Below are positions 9,898 to 21,100 of a DNA stretch of 64,000 nt, piece by piece; position 1 is the stretch's first letter, and every line of letters begins with the position of its first letter. The translations under genes were made by a program, and so were the position numbers. The notes below the pieces were generated by a model. It was not told the origin of the DNA, made no database searches, and was given only the letters and a program-made list of their open reading frames with translations. Origin of the DNA: an uncultured Bacteroidales bacterium (GTDB lineage Bacteria; Bacillota_I; Bacilli_A; ML615J-28; CAG-698); assembly GCA_964516425.1 (NCBI GenBank), contig CAZFAM010000004.1:8364-72363 (forward strand), in the 5' to 3' direction.

Positions 9898-10116
9898 CTA
9901 ACGCTTATTTTTTAAAGACGGTGGGTCAAGAAAATATAATATTGTAAAAATAATAAACGTAATTGCGGAAACTCCCGCAATACTAAATAATATTATAATT
10001 ACTATCAAATTATCTCCACCTAAAATAAAATATATTAATATCACAATCATCATCACAAATGTTAATATTGCGAATAATGATGCAAATAAATTTTTATAAT
10101 CTTGTTTCTTTTTCAT
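9898..10116 (-). CDS. Small two-TM membrane protein, unknown function
   Basis: 72 aa, two hydrophobic segments, overlaps end of upstream gene and sits 10 nt before gpsA. Confidence 0.65.
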   Translation of the reverse strand: MKKKQDYKNLFASLFAILTFVMMIVILIYFILGGDNLIVIIILFSIAGVSAITFIIFTILYFLDPPSLKNKR

Positions 10117-11524
10117 TTTTAATAATCCTTTGCAACTTCATTGCACTAAATTTCCCTGTTATAAAACTATTAGTTATCCCACCAGTAGATGTTATTAAAG
10201 ACGAACCAATTAAAAGATTTTTTATTGGGTCAATAGTGTAATCCAATTCTATATTATGTCCTCTAGCAGTTACATAAAATCCACTTAGATATCCTTGATA
10301 ACAATTAAATTCCTTAGCAATATTTTGAGGAATAATAGTTTCAATATAACTAATCCTGATATTAGGAAATGCTTTTTTAATTTCCACTTCTATTCTATTA
10401 ACGATATCACCCACAATTTTTTTAATATTTTTTTCTTTATTAAGCAAAATATTTAAATAGTCATAATCATTTTGATTTTGAATAAATTCACAATATAAAA
10501 ATTGGTGATGTGTTTTAAAATATAAATAATTATATCTTTGTGTATTAAACCCAAACTCTTCAGTTTGAATAGCAAATTCATTCATCGGTAATTCATTATT
10601 CATTTTAAAGCAAATAATTATTTTATGATTTAAATGATAATCTAAAGAATTATCAAGTTTTAAAAATAATTTACGATCTTTATATTTATTTTCCAGTAAA
10701 ACATTATAAGTAAATATTGGGTCAACACAACTTATAAAATAGTCGCCATTAATAATACTGTCATCATCTAAAATAACACCTTCTATAATATTATACTTAT
10801 TTAAAAGTAATTTTTTCGCAGTTTTATTAAATAAATATTTCCCACCTAAACTATTATACAATTGATATAATTGACCAATAATATCACTATCAACAACCTT
10901 AATTTCCCCATTCATAAGACGTCCTAAGAAAAATATTAAGCTACTCATACTTGAATTTGCGGGCAATAAGCTACAAAATGTATTTCTAATTATTAAACTA
11001 TTAAATCGTTTAAAATATTCTTTTATAGAAATATTTTGATATTTTTTATTAATTTTTTCATTTGTGGAATATGCTTTTTTATATTTAGAATACTCAAAAA
11101 TATTAAAATAATCTTTAGGTTTTTGACAATTGATATAGTGTTTTTGACCCATTTTTAAAAGAGAAATAAAATCCATTATTGCTTTTTCATCATTTATAGA
11201 ATTTTTCAATAATTCAGATGTTAAAGAATCAATATCATTTTTAATTACAAAACTTGTATTATCATACTTATAAACATAAAAGTTTTCTTGATTATTAAAC
11301 TTTAAATTAACACCTAGTTCTTCAAATAAAGTAATCATTTTCTCATCACATAATATTCTTCTTGGATAATTGTCTAATATAGAAAATGCTTTTGAATGGC
11401 CACATTTACCGCCATAATAATTATTTTTTTCAATAATTTGTACATCATTCCCATTTTTTAAGCAATGAATTCCTGCACATAATCCCGATATTCCCCCGCC
11501 AATTATTATTATTGATTTACCCAT
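10094..11524 (-). CDS. FAD-dependent oxidoreductase, phytoene desaturase (CrtI)-like; start probably ATG 11524
   Basis: IIIIGGGISGL..G...EKN..YGG Rossmann start; C-terminal NLLIGSS...GG...SFITG; ATG 2 nt after the cls stop. Confidence 0.75.
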   Translation of the reverse strand: MGKSIIIIGGGISGLCAGIHCLKNGNDVQIIEKNNYYGGKCGHSKAFSILDNYPRRILCDEKMITLFEELGVNLKFNNQENFYVYKYDNTSFVIKNDIDSLTSELLKNSINDEKAIMDFISLLKMGQKHYINCQKPKDYFNIFEYSKYKKAYSTNEKINKKYQNISIKEYFKRFNSLIIRNTFCSLLPANSSMSSLIFFLGRLMNGEIKVVDSDIIGQLYQLYNSLGGKYLFNKTAKKLLLNKYNIIEGVILDDDSIINGDYFISCVDPIFTYNVLLENKYKDRKLFLKLDNSLDYHLNHKIIICFKMNNELPMNEFAIQTEEFGFNTQRYNYLYFKTHHQFLYCEFIQNQNDYDYLNILLNKEKNIKKIVGDIVNRIEVEIKKAFPNIRISYIETIIPQNIAKEFNCYQGYLSGFYVTARGHNIELDYTIDPIKNLLIGSSLITSTGGITNSFITGKFSAMKLQRIIKNEKETRL

Positions 11525-11526
11525 TT

Positions 11527-13065
11527 TTACATCAAAGGAGCAAATAATTTTAATATGCAAATAAACAATTTATATAACAAATGTGGATTATCATATACTT
11601 TTTTAGCGGGCATTTTTGATAATTCTTGTGTTTTTATAAAATCATTTTTTATATCTTGTATAACTGGATTATTAATTATTAAGCATCCACATTCAAAATG
11701 ATGAACAAAACTTCTATAATCTAAATTTATAGTTCCAATAATACCACATTTATCATCGGCTATCATTGATTTTGCGTGAATAAATCCAGGTGCATATTCA
11801 TAAATTTTAACACCTTCTTTAATTAAAGGTCCATAATTATTTTTTGTTATTACATTAACAATTTTTTTATCCGGAATTCCAGGTGTAATAATTCTTACAT
11901 CAACGCCCCTTTGAGCTGCACTACATAAAGCATTAGTAATTACATGATCAATAATCAAATACGGTGTAGTAATATAAATATAATCAGTAGCTTGATTAAT
12001 AATATTTAAATATGCATTTTGTCCAATATAATATTCATCTATTGGGAATGGTCCATCACCAAATGGTTGCATATAACCGATACCTTCTGGCTGTTTTTCC
12101 ATATATTTAGTATATACGTAATCTTTGTACTTTAATTTTTCTTGACCAAATATATTATAAGCTTTAATAAACATAAATGTAAATGACTCTACCGCTTCAC
12201 CATATAATCTAATTCCTGTATCTTTCCAATGACCAAATCGAGTAATATAATTGCAATACTCATCCGCAATATTAATGCCACCAGTATACCCGATATAACC
12301 ATCAATTACCGCAATTTTGCGATGATCTCTATTGTTATAAACAACACTCATTAATGGTCGATACTTATTGAACTTAATACATTGAATGCCCTTAGCTTTT
12401 AATTTATCTGGATAATTATAAGGTAATACTTTAATGCTACCTATATCATCATATATAACTCGAACATCTACACCTTGCTTAGCCTTTTCTTCTAAGACAG
12501 CTACAATTTCATTTAAAATTTTTCCTTTTCCTAAAATAAAATATTCAAGAAAAATGTAATGTTTAGCATTTTTTAAATCATCTAAAAGAGATGCAAAATA
12601 GTCTTCACCTGAGGAAAAATATTTACAATCAGTATTTTGATAGATATTTTCTTTGGCTGTTGTTTGAATATATTTAGCTTGTGATGCCATTACTTTATCT
12701 TCTTGTTCTAATTTTTTTATAACATCTTGTTTATTAGAACGAGCAGCTTCTTTCATATCTTCTTCACTTTGATATTTTCTTCTTAATTTTTTTGGCATAT
12801 ATATATTACCAAAAAATATATATATAACAATTGCAAGAGATGGAACAATACAAATTAATATAATCCATGGAATTTTATAATCAGGATTACCATGTTTATA
12901 AATAACACGCATTAAAATCAAAATACTTAAAACTTTACATGCAGTAGCAATATAAAAAAATGATTCTTCTAAATACATTAAAAAACCTACTGTAGCACCA
13001 ATTTGTAAAAGTATTAATAAAGATATTATTACCCAACGACTAAATATTGATTTAATTATTTTCAT
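11527..13065 (-). CDS. cls: Cardiolipin synthase
   Basis: Two HKD motifs (RDHRKIAVID, FIHAKSMIAD) and N-terminal TM/PLDc_N region. Confidence 0.93.
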   Translation of the reverse strand: MKIIKSIFSRWVIISLLILLQIGATVGFLMYLEESFFYIATACKVLSILILMRVIYKHGNPDYKIPWIILICIVPSLAIVIYIFFGNIYMPKKLRRKYQSEEDMKEAARSNKQDVIKKLEQEDKVMASQAKYIQTTAKENIYQNTDCKYFSSGEDYFASLLDDLKNAKHYIFLEYFILGKGKILNEIVAVLEEKAKQGVDVRVIYDDIGSIKVLPYNYPDKLKAKGIQCIKFNKYRPLMSVVYNNRDHRKIAVIDGYIGYTGGINIADEYCNYITRFGHWKDTGIRLYGEAVESFTFMFIKAYNIFGQEKLKYKDYVYTKYMEKQPEGIGYMQPFGDGPFPIDEYYIGQNAYLNIINQATDYIYITTPYLIIDHVITNALCSAAQRGVDVRIITPGIPDKKIVNVITKNNYGPLIKEGVKIYEYAPGFIHAKSMIADDKCGIIGTINLDYRSFVHHFECGCLIINNPVIQDIKNDFIKTQELSKMPAKKVYDNPHLLYKLFICILKLFAPLM

Positions 13066-13766
13066 TTTCTATGCTCCTTCCTTTGATTTTTAATTTGTTT
13101 TAATTTGTTTTTTTGTTCTTTTGTCACTCTTAATGAATCATTAATTTTACTTATAGTTTTATTAAAAGTAAAGTCATCTAAATTATTATTCATTAAATAA
13201 TTAATAATTAATTGTTCATCCTTAATATACATTATAGATAAAAGCCATGCAATCATCATTTTAACATAATAGTAATCTAATTTATTTTCGTCACATAATT
13301 TTAGTATTTCGTTAAAATATTCTTTTCTTCCTTTATTTATATAATAAGAAAGAAAACAACAAAATCCAATTCTTACTGTATACTCATTATTACTTTTAAC
13401 ATACTCAACTAAAATGGGAAACATTTCTTTATAATACTTATTAATAATTTTGAAAGTTGCAACAGGTTGATCACATAATGCCCAATTATCAATATATGGA
13501 ATATAATTATTTAAATTATCCACAAATTCATTAAAAGACCCTTTTAAATATCCAATCATCATTCCGTGTATTAAATATTCTTCAAAATAGTAATGTTCTT
13601 GTTTTAAATAATCACTTCCATAATTATTAATTAACATTTTAATAATGGATTTAATAACTGGTGTCTTAACTCCAATAATAGGATATTGGGATTTTATAAT
13701 AGTATTATTTAATTTTAAAGTTGTTTCTTCTTTATTATTTAATAATAGTTCTTTTACTGATTCCAT
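13062..13766 (-). CDS. DNA alkylation repair protein (AlkD-like)
   Basis: GVKTP, IDNWALCD, YYVKMMIAWLLS HEAT-like AlkD motifs. Confidence 0.8.
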   Translation of the reverse strand: MESVKELLLNNKEETTLKLNNTIIKSQYPIIGVKTPVIKSIIKMLINNYGSDYLKQEHYYFEEYLIHGMMIGYLKGSFNEFVDNLNNYIPYIDNWALCDQPVATFKIINKYYKEMFPILVEYVKSNNEYTVRIGFCCFLSYYINKGRKEYFNEILKLCDENKLDYYYVKMMIAWLLSIMYIKDEQLIINYLMNNNLDDFTFNKTISKINDSLRVTKEQKNKLKQIKNQRKEHRK

Positions 13767-13935
13767 AAGAATACTCCATAATCTAAAACATTATACCATA
13801 CTTTTATAAAACATTCCATAAAAATAAAGCATTATGCAATTTTCTTTTTTTATTTAATAACAAGCTTTTAAAATGCATATTCAGATGATAATATTCTAAT
13901 TAGTATCTTTCCTTATATTTTTAAACATAAAAAGA

Positions 13936-13979
13936 AGCCTCGTGTTATAATTAAATGTTAAAAATTATAACAAGAGGCT
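13936..13979 (-). terminator. Long-stem intrinsic terminator after the DUF523 gene
   Basis: About 17-bp stem AGCCTCGTGTTATAATT/AATTATAACAAGAGGCT (1 mismatch), followed on minus strand by CTTTTT. Confidence 0.65.
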
Positions 13980-14023
13980 CATATGAATATAATACCATAA
14001 TAAACTTTATACTGAAAATACTT

Positions 14024-14470
14024 CTAGTCATTTATTTTAAAATAATGTTTAAAATTAAATTCATTTAATACTGTGATACCATTATCCAAAAACAAGTCAG
14101 TAGTTACACCATTTCCTTCAACTAACGAACTTGTAAATGTCCCATCATAAATATATTCTTTTCCACATGATGGACTTTTAGACTTTAGAATTGCAATATC
14201 AATATTTTCATTTTTTAATATTTTTAAAGCTTTTAAAGCTCCTAAATGATAATTATTTGTAACGTCAATTTGTGATTTATTTATTACCTTATTGCCTATT
14301 CTTTCAGCAGGAATACGAGGTATTGGCAAGCCACCTAATACTTCTGGGCATATAGGTATTAACTCATAGTTTTCTTTCAACTTAACAATTGCTTCATTAT
14401 AATTTGAAGAACCATTATATTTGCAATTAATACCTAATAAACAACTACTTACGGCTATTTTCTTTGGCAT
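14024..14470 (-). CDS. DUF523 / 2-thiouracil desulfurase (TudS) family protein
   Basis: VSSCLLGINCKYNG, CPEVLGGL..PR, LKSKSPSCG, GNGV. Confidence 0.85.
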   Translation of the reverse strand: MPKKIAVSSCLLGINCKYNGSSNYNEAIVKLKENYELIPICPEVLGGLPIPRIPAERIGNKVINKSQIDVTNNYHLGALKALKILKNENIDIAILKSKSPSCGKEYIYDGTFTSSLVEGNGVTTDLFLDNGITVLNEFNFKHYFKIND

Positions 14471-14855
14471 TTTGTTCTTGTTCTAACTTTCTTTGCTCTT
14501 CAGCTGCTTGAACCTTTTTTTGATATTCTTCAATAAAAGCTTTAGTTTCTTCTTCTTCTTTTTTTAATCTTTCTTGTTCTTCTTTTTCTTTTTCTAATTT
14601 AATTCTTGCTTCTTCCTCATCCATTATCTTTTTTCTTTCTTCATAAGTTGTAAAAGCTTGAATCATTTTAATAAATAGGAATAAACAAAAAACAACAACA
14701 AATATAAATATAATACCAAATACTAAATATCCTGTTTTTTTGTCATTAAAATATGTTCCAAACATTGATATACATGCAATGGTAGCTACCAAAAACATAA
14801 TTAAATCGCCAAGCATCCAAGTTTTTAATTCTGATTTATTAGCTTTTTTAAACAT
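14445..14855 (-). CDS. Hypothetical membrane protein with charged coiled-coil tail
   Basis: Two TM segments then an E/K-rich helix; overlaps both neighbours. Confidence 0.65.
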   Translation of the reverse strand: MFKKANKSELKTWMLGDLIMFLVATIACISMFGTYFNDKKTGYLVFGIIFIFVVVFCLFLFIKMIQAFTTYEERKKIMDEEEARIKLEKEKEEQERLKKEEEETKAFIEEYQKKVQAAEEQRKLEQEQNAKENSRK

Positions 14856-15714
14856 CTTGTTCCTCCTTTGGAGTAATACTTATTAATTGTTTCTTTTCTT
14901 TTTCTTCTATTTTAGTTAATAAAGCAATATATTCCAATTGCAATTTAACAATATTTTCTAATTCTGAATTTTCCGAATAATCAGCTAAGGCAATATAATT
15001 AACTCTTTTATCACGTAATAAGCCTGCAACTTTATCTTTTTTTCCTTTTGGATAAACAGCAATTGATTTACCTTGCTTATCTTTTACTAGACGCATACAA
15101 GGAATATCTGTAATTCCATCACCTAAATATATCATATTGCGATATAATACTCGACGATCTTTTTCTGACATTTTTTCATTAACTATATTATCATCATTAA
15201 TTCTATCAACGCCTTTAGAAATACGAAATACAAATTGAGTTTTCATTGTATAGTTAATTGCTAACTTAGGCCATATAGCAACACCATTTTTATCATATAC
15301 ATACTCACATGCATATATTTTTTTAAACTCTTTCGCAATTTCAGACCCTTCAATTATATCTTTAATTCCAGAAGAAATAATATAGTGTTCAACATCTAAC
15401 CCTAAAGAAGCACCATAATCATTAATACGTTTAAACCAAGTTAAAACGCCTTTAAAATACTTAATTGATGGGCCCAAACTATGTAAATACTTTTTTGTTA
15501 AAGGGATTCCTTTTTCTTCAGCTTTTGTTACCATCATATACATATAAGCTAGTACTTTTTCCATATTTTGCTTTTCACCAAATATTGTGGTTTCAGTCCA
15601 AAATTGTTCTGGCGTCATCTTTAAATCTGGTATAAAAGCATAATTTTGCATATCTTCACTACATAATGTCTTGTCAAAATCATACATTAATGCAACTACT
15701 GGTCTTTTCTTCAT
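14848..15714 (-). CDS. HAD family hydrolase
   Basis: YDFDKTL motif I, ISSG motif II, GDGITD motif IV. Confidence 0.85.
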   Translation of the reverse strand: MKKRPVVALMYDFDKTLCSEDMQNYAFIPDLKMTPEQFWTETTIFGEKQNMEKVLAYMYMMVTKAEEKGIPLTKKYLHSLGPSIKYFKGVLTWFKRINDYGASLGLDVEHYIISSGIKDIIEGSEIAKEFKKIYACEYVYDKNGVAIWPKLAINYTMKTQFVFRISKGVDRINDDNIVNEKMSEKDRRVLYRNMIYLGDGITDIPCMRLVKDKQGKSIAVYPKGKKDKVAGLLRDKRVNYIALADYSENSELENIVKLQLEYIALLTKIEEKEKKQLISITPKEEQDV

Positions 15715-15859
15715 ATATTTTCTCCGTTTTTTATAATTATATCACAACAATTATTAAAAATCAATTAACATATTAATTTTCACTTTTTATGTTAGAAATA
15801 ATATTGCAAAATGCAAAAAAATATTATATAATATATTTAAATAATGAAAGGAGATAATT

Positions 15860-16093
15860 ATGAAAAATTTAGTAAAATCTTTAGAAAAATTACCTTGGAT
15901 TGTGCGTTTAATACTTGTAATTATTTGGGGCGCTTATGGTAACTTAATTAGATTATTTAAGAGTCTTGCTGCCAATAATGTATTAGGTACAGTTTTAGCA
16001 ATCATTTTATTAATCTGTGGTGGTTTTGTTATTTTATGGATTGTTGATTTAGTTTGTGTAATCCTTGGAAGACCTATTTGGTGGATTGATTAA
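15860..16093 (+). CDS. Small membrane protein, unknown function
   Basis: AAGGAG RBS, 77 aa hydrophobic, followed by bidirectional terminator. Confidence 0.75.
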   Translation: MKNLVKSLEKLPWIVRLILVIIWGAYGNLIRLFKSLAANNVLGTVLAIILLICGGFVILWIVDLVCVILGRPIWWID

Positions 16094-16107
16094 TATTAAT
16101 ATAAAAT

Positions 16108-16140
16108 AAAGGAATTTCTTTACTAGAAATTCCTTTTTTT
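16108..16140. terminator. Bidirectional intrinsic terminator
   Basis: AAAGGAATTTCT/AGAAATTCCTTT 12-bp stem with U-run. Confidence 0.8.
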
Positions 16141-17188
16141 ATATACTCTTTTCATATAATCTATAAACGTGAGATATTTCTGCACCTAAGCGTCTATAAA
16201 TTCGAATATTATAAGAATCATATTCATCAATTTTTCCAATTGCTACATCAGTAATATTTTCATCTTGTAACATTTCTAATAATTTAGCACATAAATAAAG
16301 ACCTATATCAGTATTATAATACTTAGATTCAATATGTAAATCAATAATTTTAATACTTTTAGAATGCTTCTTTAATAAGCCGTATTTTTTTATAATTTTT
16401 ACGTCTTTAGTATTTTTTTCATTGTGATTTGGCACACTAACAATGCATGCAATAGGATCTTGAGTTTCTTTGTCTATTGCAATTAATACATTATCGTAAT
16501 CAATTATTTTATTGAAGTAATTGTTATATTGTAAAGACGCCCTATTATGATTTATACTTTCGTAATATAATCTTTCCAAAATATCTTTTTTATTTTTTAA
16601 ATCACTAGCTTTACAAATTTTAAAATTATATCTTCTATTTATTGTCATCATTGTATTAGAAATATCTTTTTTTCTAATCATTTTCGGATTTATTTTTAAA
16701 TCCATATAATCTTTTTTCTTTACAAAACTTAAATTTTCTATGATATTTGCATAATAATCTTGATTATATGAACTAAATACTGATGGAGGAAAATCAAATC
16801 CTTGAACTAAAATACCATTATTATCTAGATTATCATTAGTCATAGGTCCAACTAATTTAATAACTTCATTAATAAGCATATCTTCCTTTATAAAATCAAA
16901 CAGTTCCTGAACTATCTTATCATTATTTATAAAGTCTAAATAGCAAAAGAAACAAACTTTTTCATTTTCATATACCCCATAATAATAACCAATTCTAGCT
17001 ACAATAACATTATTTTTTTCATATAGTAAACATTTTAATGTTTTATATTTTAAAACATTATTTTTTAATTTTGATAATAATGCTTTATTCTTTTCTATAA
17101 CATAATTAGCATCTTTATTATAAAGTTTCTTCGGAAAACTAATAAATTGCTTCAATAATTTCACTTTATCAACTACAATTATTCCCAT
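16139..17188 (-). CDS. Divergent YghO-like GNAT acyltransferase, paralog of 52880..54001
   Basis: FISFPKKLY, VARI, VGP, GILVQGFD, YNQDYY motifs shared with the 52880 gene. Confidence 0.7.
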   Translation of the reverse strand: MGIIVVDKVKLLKQFISFPKKLYNKDANYVIEKNKALLSKLKNNVLKYKTLKCLLYEKNNVIVARIGYYYGVYENEKVCFFCYLDFINNDKIVQELFDFIKEDMLINEVIKLVGPMTNDNLDNNGILVQGFDFPPSVFSSYNQDYYANIIENLSFVKKKDYMDLKINPKMIRKKDISNTMMTINRRYNFKICKASDLKNKKDILERLYYESINHNRASLQYNNYFNKIIDYDNVLIAIDKETQDPIACIVSVPNHNEKNTKDVKIIKKYGLLKKHSKSIKIIDLHIESKYYNTDIGLYLCAKLLEMLQDENITDVAIGKIDEYDSYNIRIYRRLGAEISHVYRLYEKSI

Positions 17189-17196
17189 TACTACAC

Positions 17197-17982
17197 CTAG
17201 TGATATTTTTTAATAATCATTCTTTCTTGAACTTGTAAGTCAAGATTTTCCGCAAACTCTATAGCACGCTTAATGTTTTCACCATGAAAATTCTCCACTA
17301 CATGTGCATCACTATTAATTAATATTTTTACATTGGGATATTCTTTCACAATTTCCCAAAATTCTTTTCTTGGATATTTTTCTTTTCCATTAGCATTTAT
17401 TTCCATATAAATATCATATTTTAAACATGACTCAATAATTCGTCTTGCAATCTTTTCATGAAATGGTGTAAATTCGTTAACTTTATATAAATACAAATCT
17501 GGATGTGCCAAACAATTATACCACCCTTTACTTAAACCTTCTTCTACTGCTAAAGCATATGCTTCCATTTGTTCATTAGTCATATCTTTATATGTATCTA
17601 TTATTCTATTATTATAATAAAAATAATGAACACCTAGATTAATGTAATCAAATTTTTCATAAAACTTTTCAAAATATTCATCATGTCCTGGAAGATATTC
17701 TGTTTCCAAACCTTTCCATATTTTAATATTAGGGTATTTTTTTATACAATAATTCAAATCTCTTAAATATACATTTTCTAATTCTTTCATTGTCATAAAC
17801 TGTTCAATCCAATAAAATTCTCGTTGGTCATTAAGAAAAAAGCTTAATGGCATAGGAGCATGATCAGAAATCCCTATTTCTTCATAATTCCATTTTATAG
17901 CTTCTTTTACATAATCTTCTACCGTTCCAACTGCATGTTTACATAAATATATATGACTATGATAATTACTAATTCGTCTCAT
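17197..17982 (-). CDS. PHP family histidinol-phosphatase-like protein
   Basis: NYHSHIYLCKHA, ISDHAP, GLETEY, LAHPD, INSDAH. Confidence 0.85.
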   Translation of the reverse strand: MRRISNYHSHIYLCKHAVGTVEDYVKEAIKWNYEEIGISDHAPMPLSFFLNDQREFYWIEQFMTMKELENVYLRDLNYCIKKYPNIKIWKGLETEYLPGHDEYFEKFYEKFDYINLGVHYFYYNNRIIDTYKDMTNEQMEAYALAVEEGLSKGWYNCLAHPDLYLYKVNEFTPFHEKIARRIIESCLKYDIYMEINANGKEKYPRKEFWEIVKEYPNVKILINSDAHVVENFHGENIKRAIEFAENLDLQVQERMIIKKYH

Positions 17983-18100
17983 TATTTCATCCTTCTTTTT
18001 TCCTATTATACCATATTTATAGTAAAAAGAAAACTATAAATTTTATAAAAAAACCATAAACTAAAGATATCAAAATCCCTAATTTATGGTTTAATTTGTA

Positions 18101-21100
18101 TTAATTAAATGAAATACTTATTGTCGCATTAGTGCTTGTAATAGCATCAACTTTTATTGTAGTTGCATATGATCCATCATACCAAGTTAATTTAATAGAA
18201 TCATTAGCTTGGAATAAATCAGAATCTTCACTATAGCCACCAGTTTCGTATACTGAATTTGATTCAATATCATTACGTCCATCAGCTTCAATTAACTTAA
18301 TTAACTTATGTGCTGTATAACTATTATCATATATTGTCATTTCCCATATCGAGTCCTTGGCACTATTTAATGTAGAATCAATATGATATATTCTAATACC
18401 ATTAACTGCAAACAATCCACTTGTTCCTTTCGAAGCAGCATTTAATCCATCACATGTATAGAAATCAATAATATAATATTCTCCAAAATATGAATTATCC
18501 CAGTCTTTTGCAACAATAATAGCATCCCCACTGGCACCAAATGAATTAAGTGTAGCCGTATAATTCTTATTTTGAACTATTGTTGGGGTAACCCAACCTA
18601 GAATAGTTTTGGAATAAGCATTATGATCACCAACGTTATAATCCATCATATCGCCACCACCAATACCTCCAAGAGGACCTTTACTTGCATCATAATCATA
18701 ATAGTCATCTAATCCTAAAGCATGTCCTGTTTCATGAATTACAGTTTGTGAATTAATATTTATATATTTATCTTGTTTTTCAGTTTCGCCATATATAAAT
18801 GCTTCATTGAAAAATTCATAACTAAAGAACATATAGAAATCAGTTGTTTTATTATCATATTTAGTAGGATTTTCATCTTTAGATGTAAAAGCCCACCAAA
18901 GACTATCACTATTTGTGGAATTATATGGAGCTAAGTAAACCAAATATATACAATCAATATAGCCATCATTATTAGCATCATAATCGCTGTAATCAATTTG
19001 TGAATCATAATATTCTAAAACTTCATGTAAATATTGTAAATCTAAAGCTGAATCATAATCTTTATTTGCATTATAATTATCATTTGTCTCATAAGCATCC
19101 ATAACAGTTGCTTGAATATTCAATTTACCATATGATGATTTTTGATAATACGTTTTTAAACTTTCCCAACCTGTTTCTTCACTTGTACCATTAAATCCTT
19201 TTTCAATTGTTGTTTTATAATCAGCGGGTACTTCTTTATTTTTAAAGCTTAATGGAAAGACTAATACATTAACATTTCCAGTTGAAGGCATTCCAACAGA
19301 AACATTATATTGTTTAGATACTTTTTCTAAAGTTAATGCATCATCTGATTTAAATGCATCCACTGGTGCTCTTTTCACAACAACTTTTAATTCTACTGTG
19401 CTTTCATTATATGAAATTGAAATAACATATGTTCCTGACACACTCTTATTATAATTTTTACTATCAATTGTACATTCAGAAATTGATATTTCTTTAGAGT
19501 TTCCTTCATGATAGAAAGTTAATGTTAAATCACTTAAGGCATCAGTTAATTCTGTTTCTAATTCTACAGTAACAACACTTGTAGATAAAACTAAACCAGC
19601 ACTTTCAGTAACCTCAGAACCATTAATAGCCATTAATTGAACACCGTTAAACCATGACACAACAAAATTCTTTAGTGATATTTTATCACCTTCCTTTAAT
19701 GCTTTTAATTGAGCATTAAAATTCTTTTCATTTACAGACTTAATAAAAATTAATAAATCATTATATCCATCTGTAACAGTAAATTTATAATCACCTTTTG
19801 TTCCACTTGGTGTGTACGTAGATGAAACTGTAACATTATTTAAATTTACAACTGTTCCTTGACTCACAACACTTGTTAGATTACCAATTGTATTTAATTC
19901 TACTGCAGAATATTGATGGAATTTTTCATCAATAACAGTTAAAAATGTTATTGTGGATACTTCTACTAATCCTTTATATTCTGTTTTGATACCTAATACT
20001 TCAATGTAATCACCTAATTCTAAGTCACTATATGTAACTTCTGAATTTTTATCAAAATACAATGTTAATGCCTGCGTTCCATTACTTATATAAACATAAT
20101 TACCTAACATACCAATAACATTTCCACCTGTATAAACTGATAAACCATTTTCTGTTTCATAAACTTCAGAAATTTCATTAATATCATCACTTGAAGAATT
20201 TTCTTCAGCATCTGGCAATGTGATATTAATTTCATCATGTTTTGTAAACTTCATTTCATATTTATATGTATAGACATAAGTTGCACCATTATAAATAATA
20301 GTCATAGTTGATTGTGTAATAATTTCTGTTACAACATCATTTTCTACTTTAACTTTAAATGTCTCAAAAACATCCTTTGTTGTTTCTTCTTCATCTTCAT
20401 AATCATAATCACCAATTACATATTTTCCAACACTTTGTAAGGCGTTAGATTTAACTACATAATAACCATCTTGATAATCAAAATCTTCATAATCCAAACC
20501 TTGGAAATATAAATCATCAAATTCACCTTCATAATAAATATAATTATAAAATTCATCATCATAATATGACACTTTAAAATATGAAGAACCATCTGGATAT
20601 AATCCATATGGATCATCATCATCCACAAAATAATATTTTAATCCTGCGCTTGTTTCCCAAGCAATCTTATTATCATCGTAATCATATGTAATTGTATATG
20701 TATCACTGTCATCTCCAGATAACGTAACTTTAACATCTACTCTAAAATTAAGTAATGATTCTAAAGCATTCTTTAAAGGTGTTAAATTTACTTTATCAAC
20801 TTTCTTAACAGTGAAGCTAACATTTTTATTAATGCTTGTATTATCTTTAACAAGTGTTACAGTAATTGTTACTTCTTGATCTGTTTCTTGTCTTGTTACT
20901 TTTCCTTCATTAGAAATTACATCTTGTTTATTTGAACTATAAGATATTGCCACCCCATCGATTGTTGATGGGAAAGATAAATCACTTGTTACATTTTCTT
21001 TGTCTACTCCCACAAATAATTTTGAGAATACACTTTCAAGTATTTGTGTAATATCAACAGCATCTTCTTTTAAAACAACAACTGTTATTTTCTTAACTAC

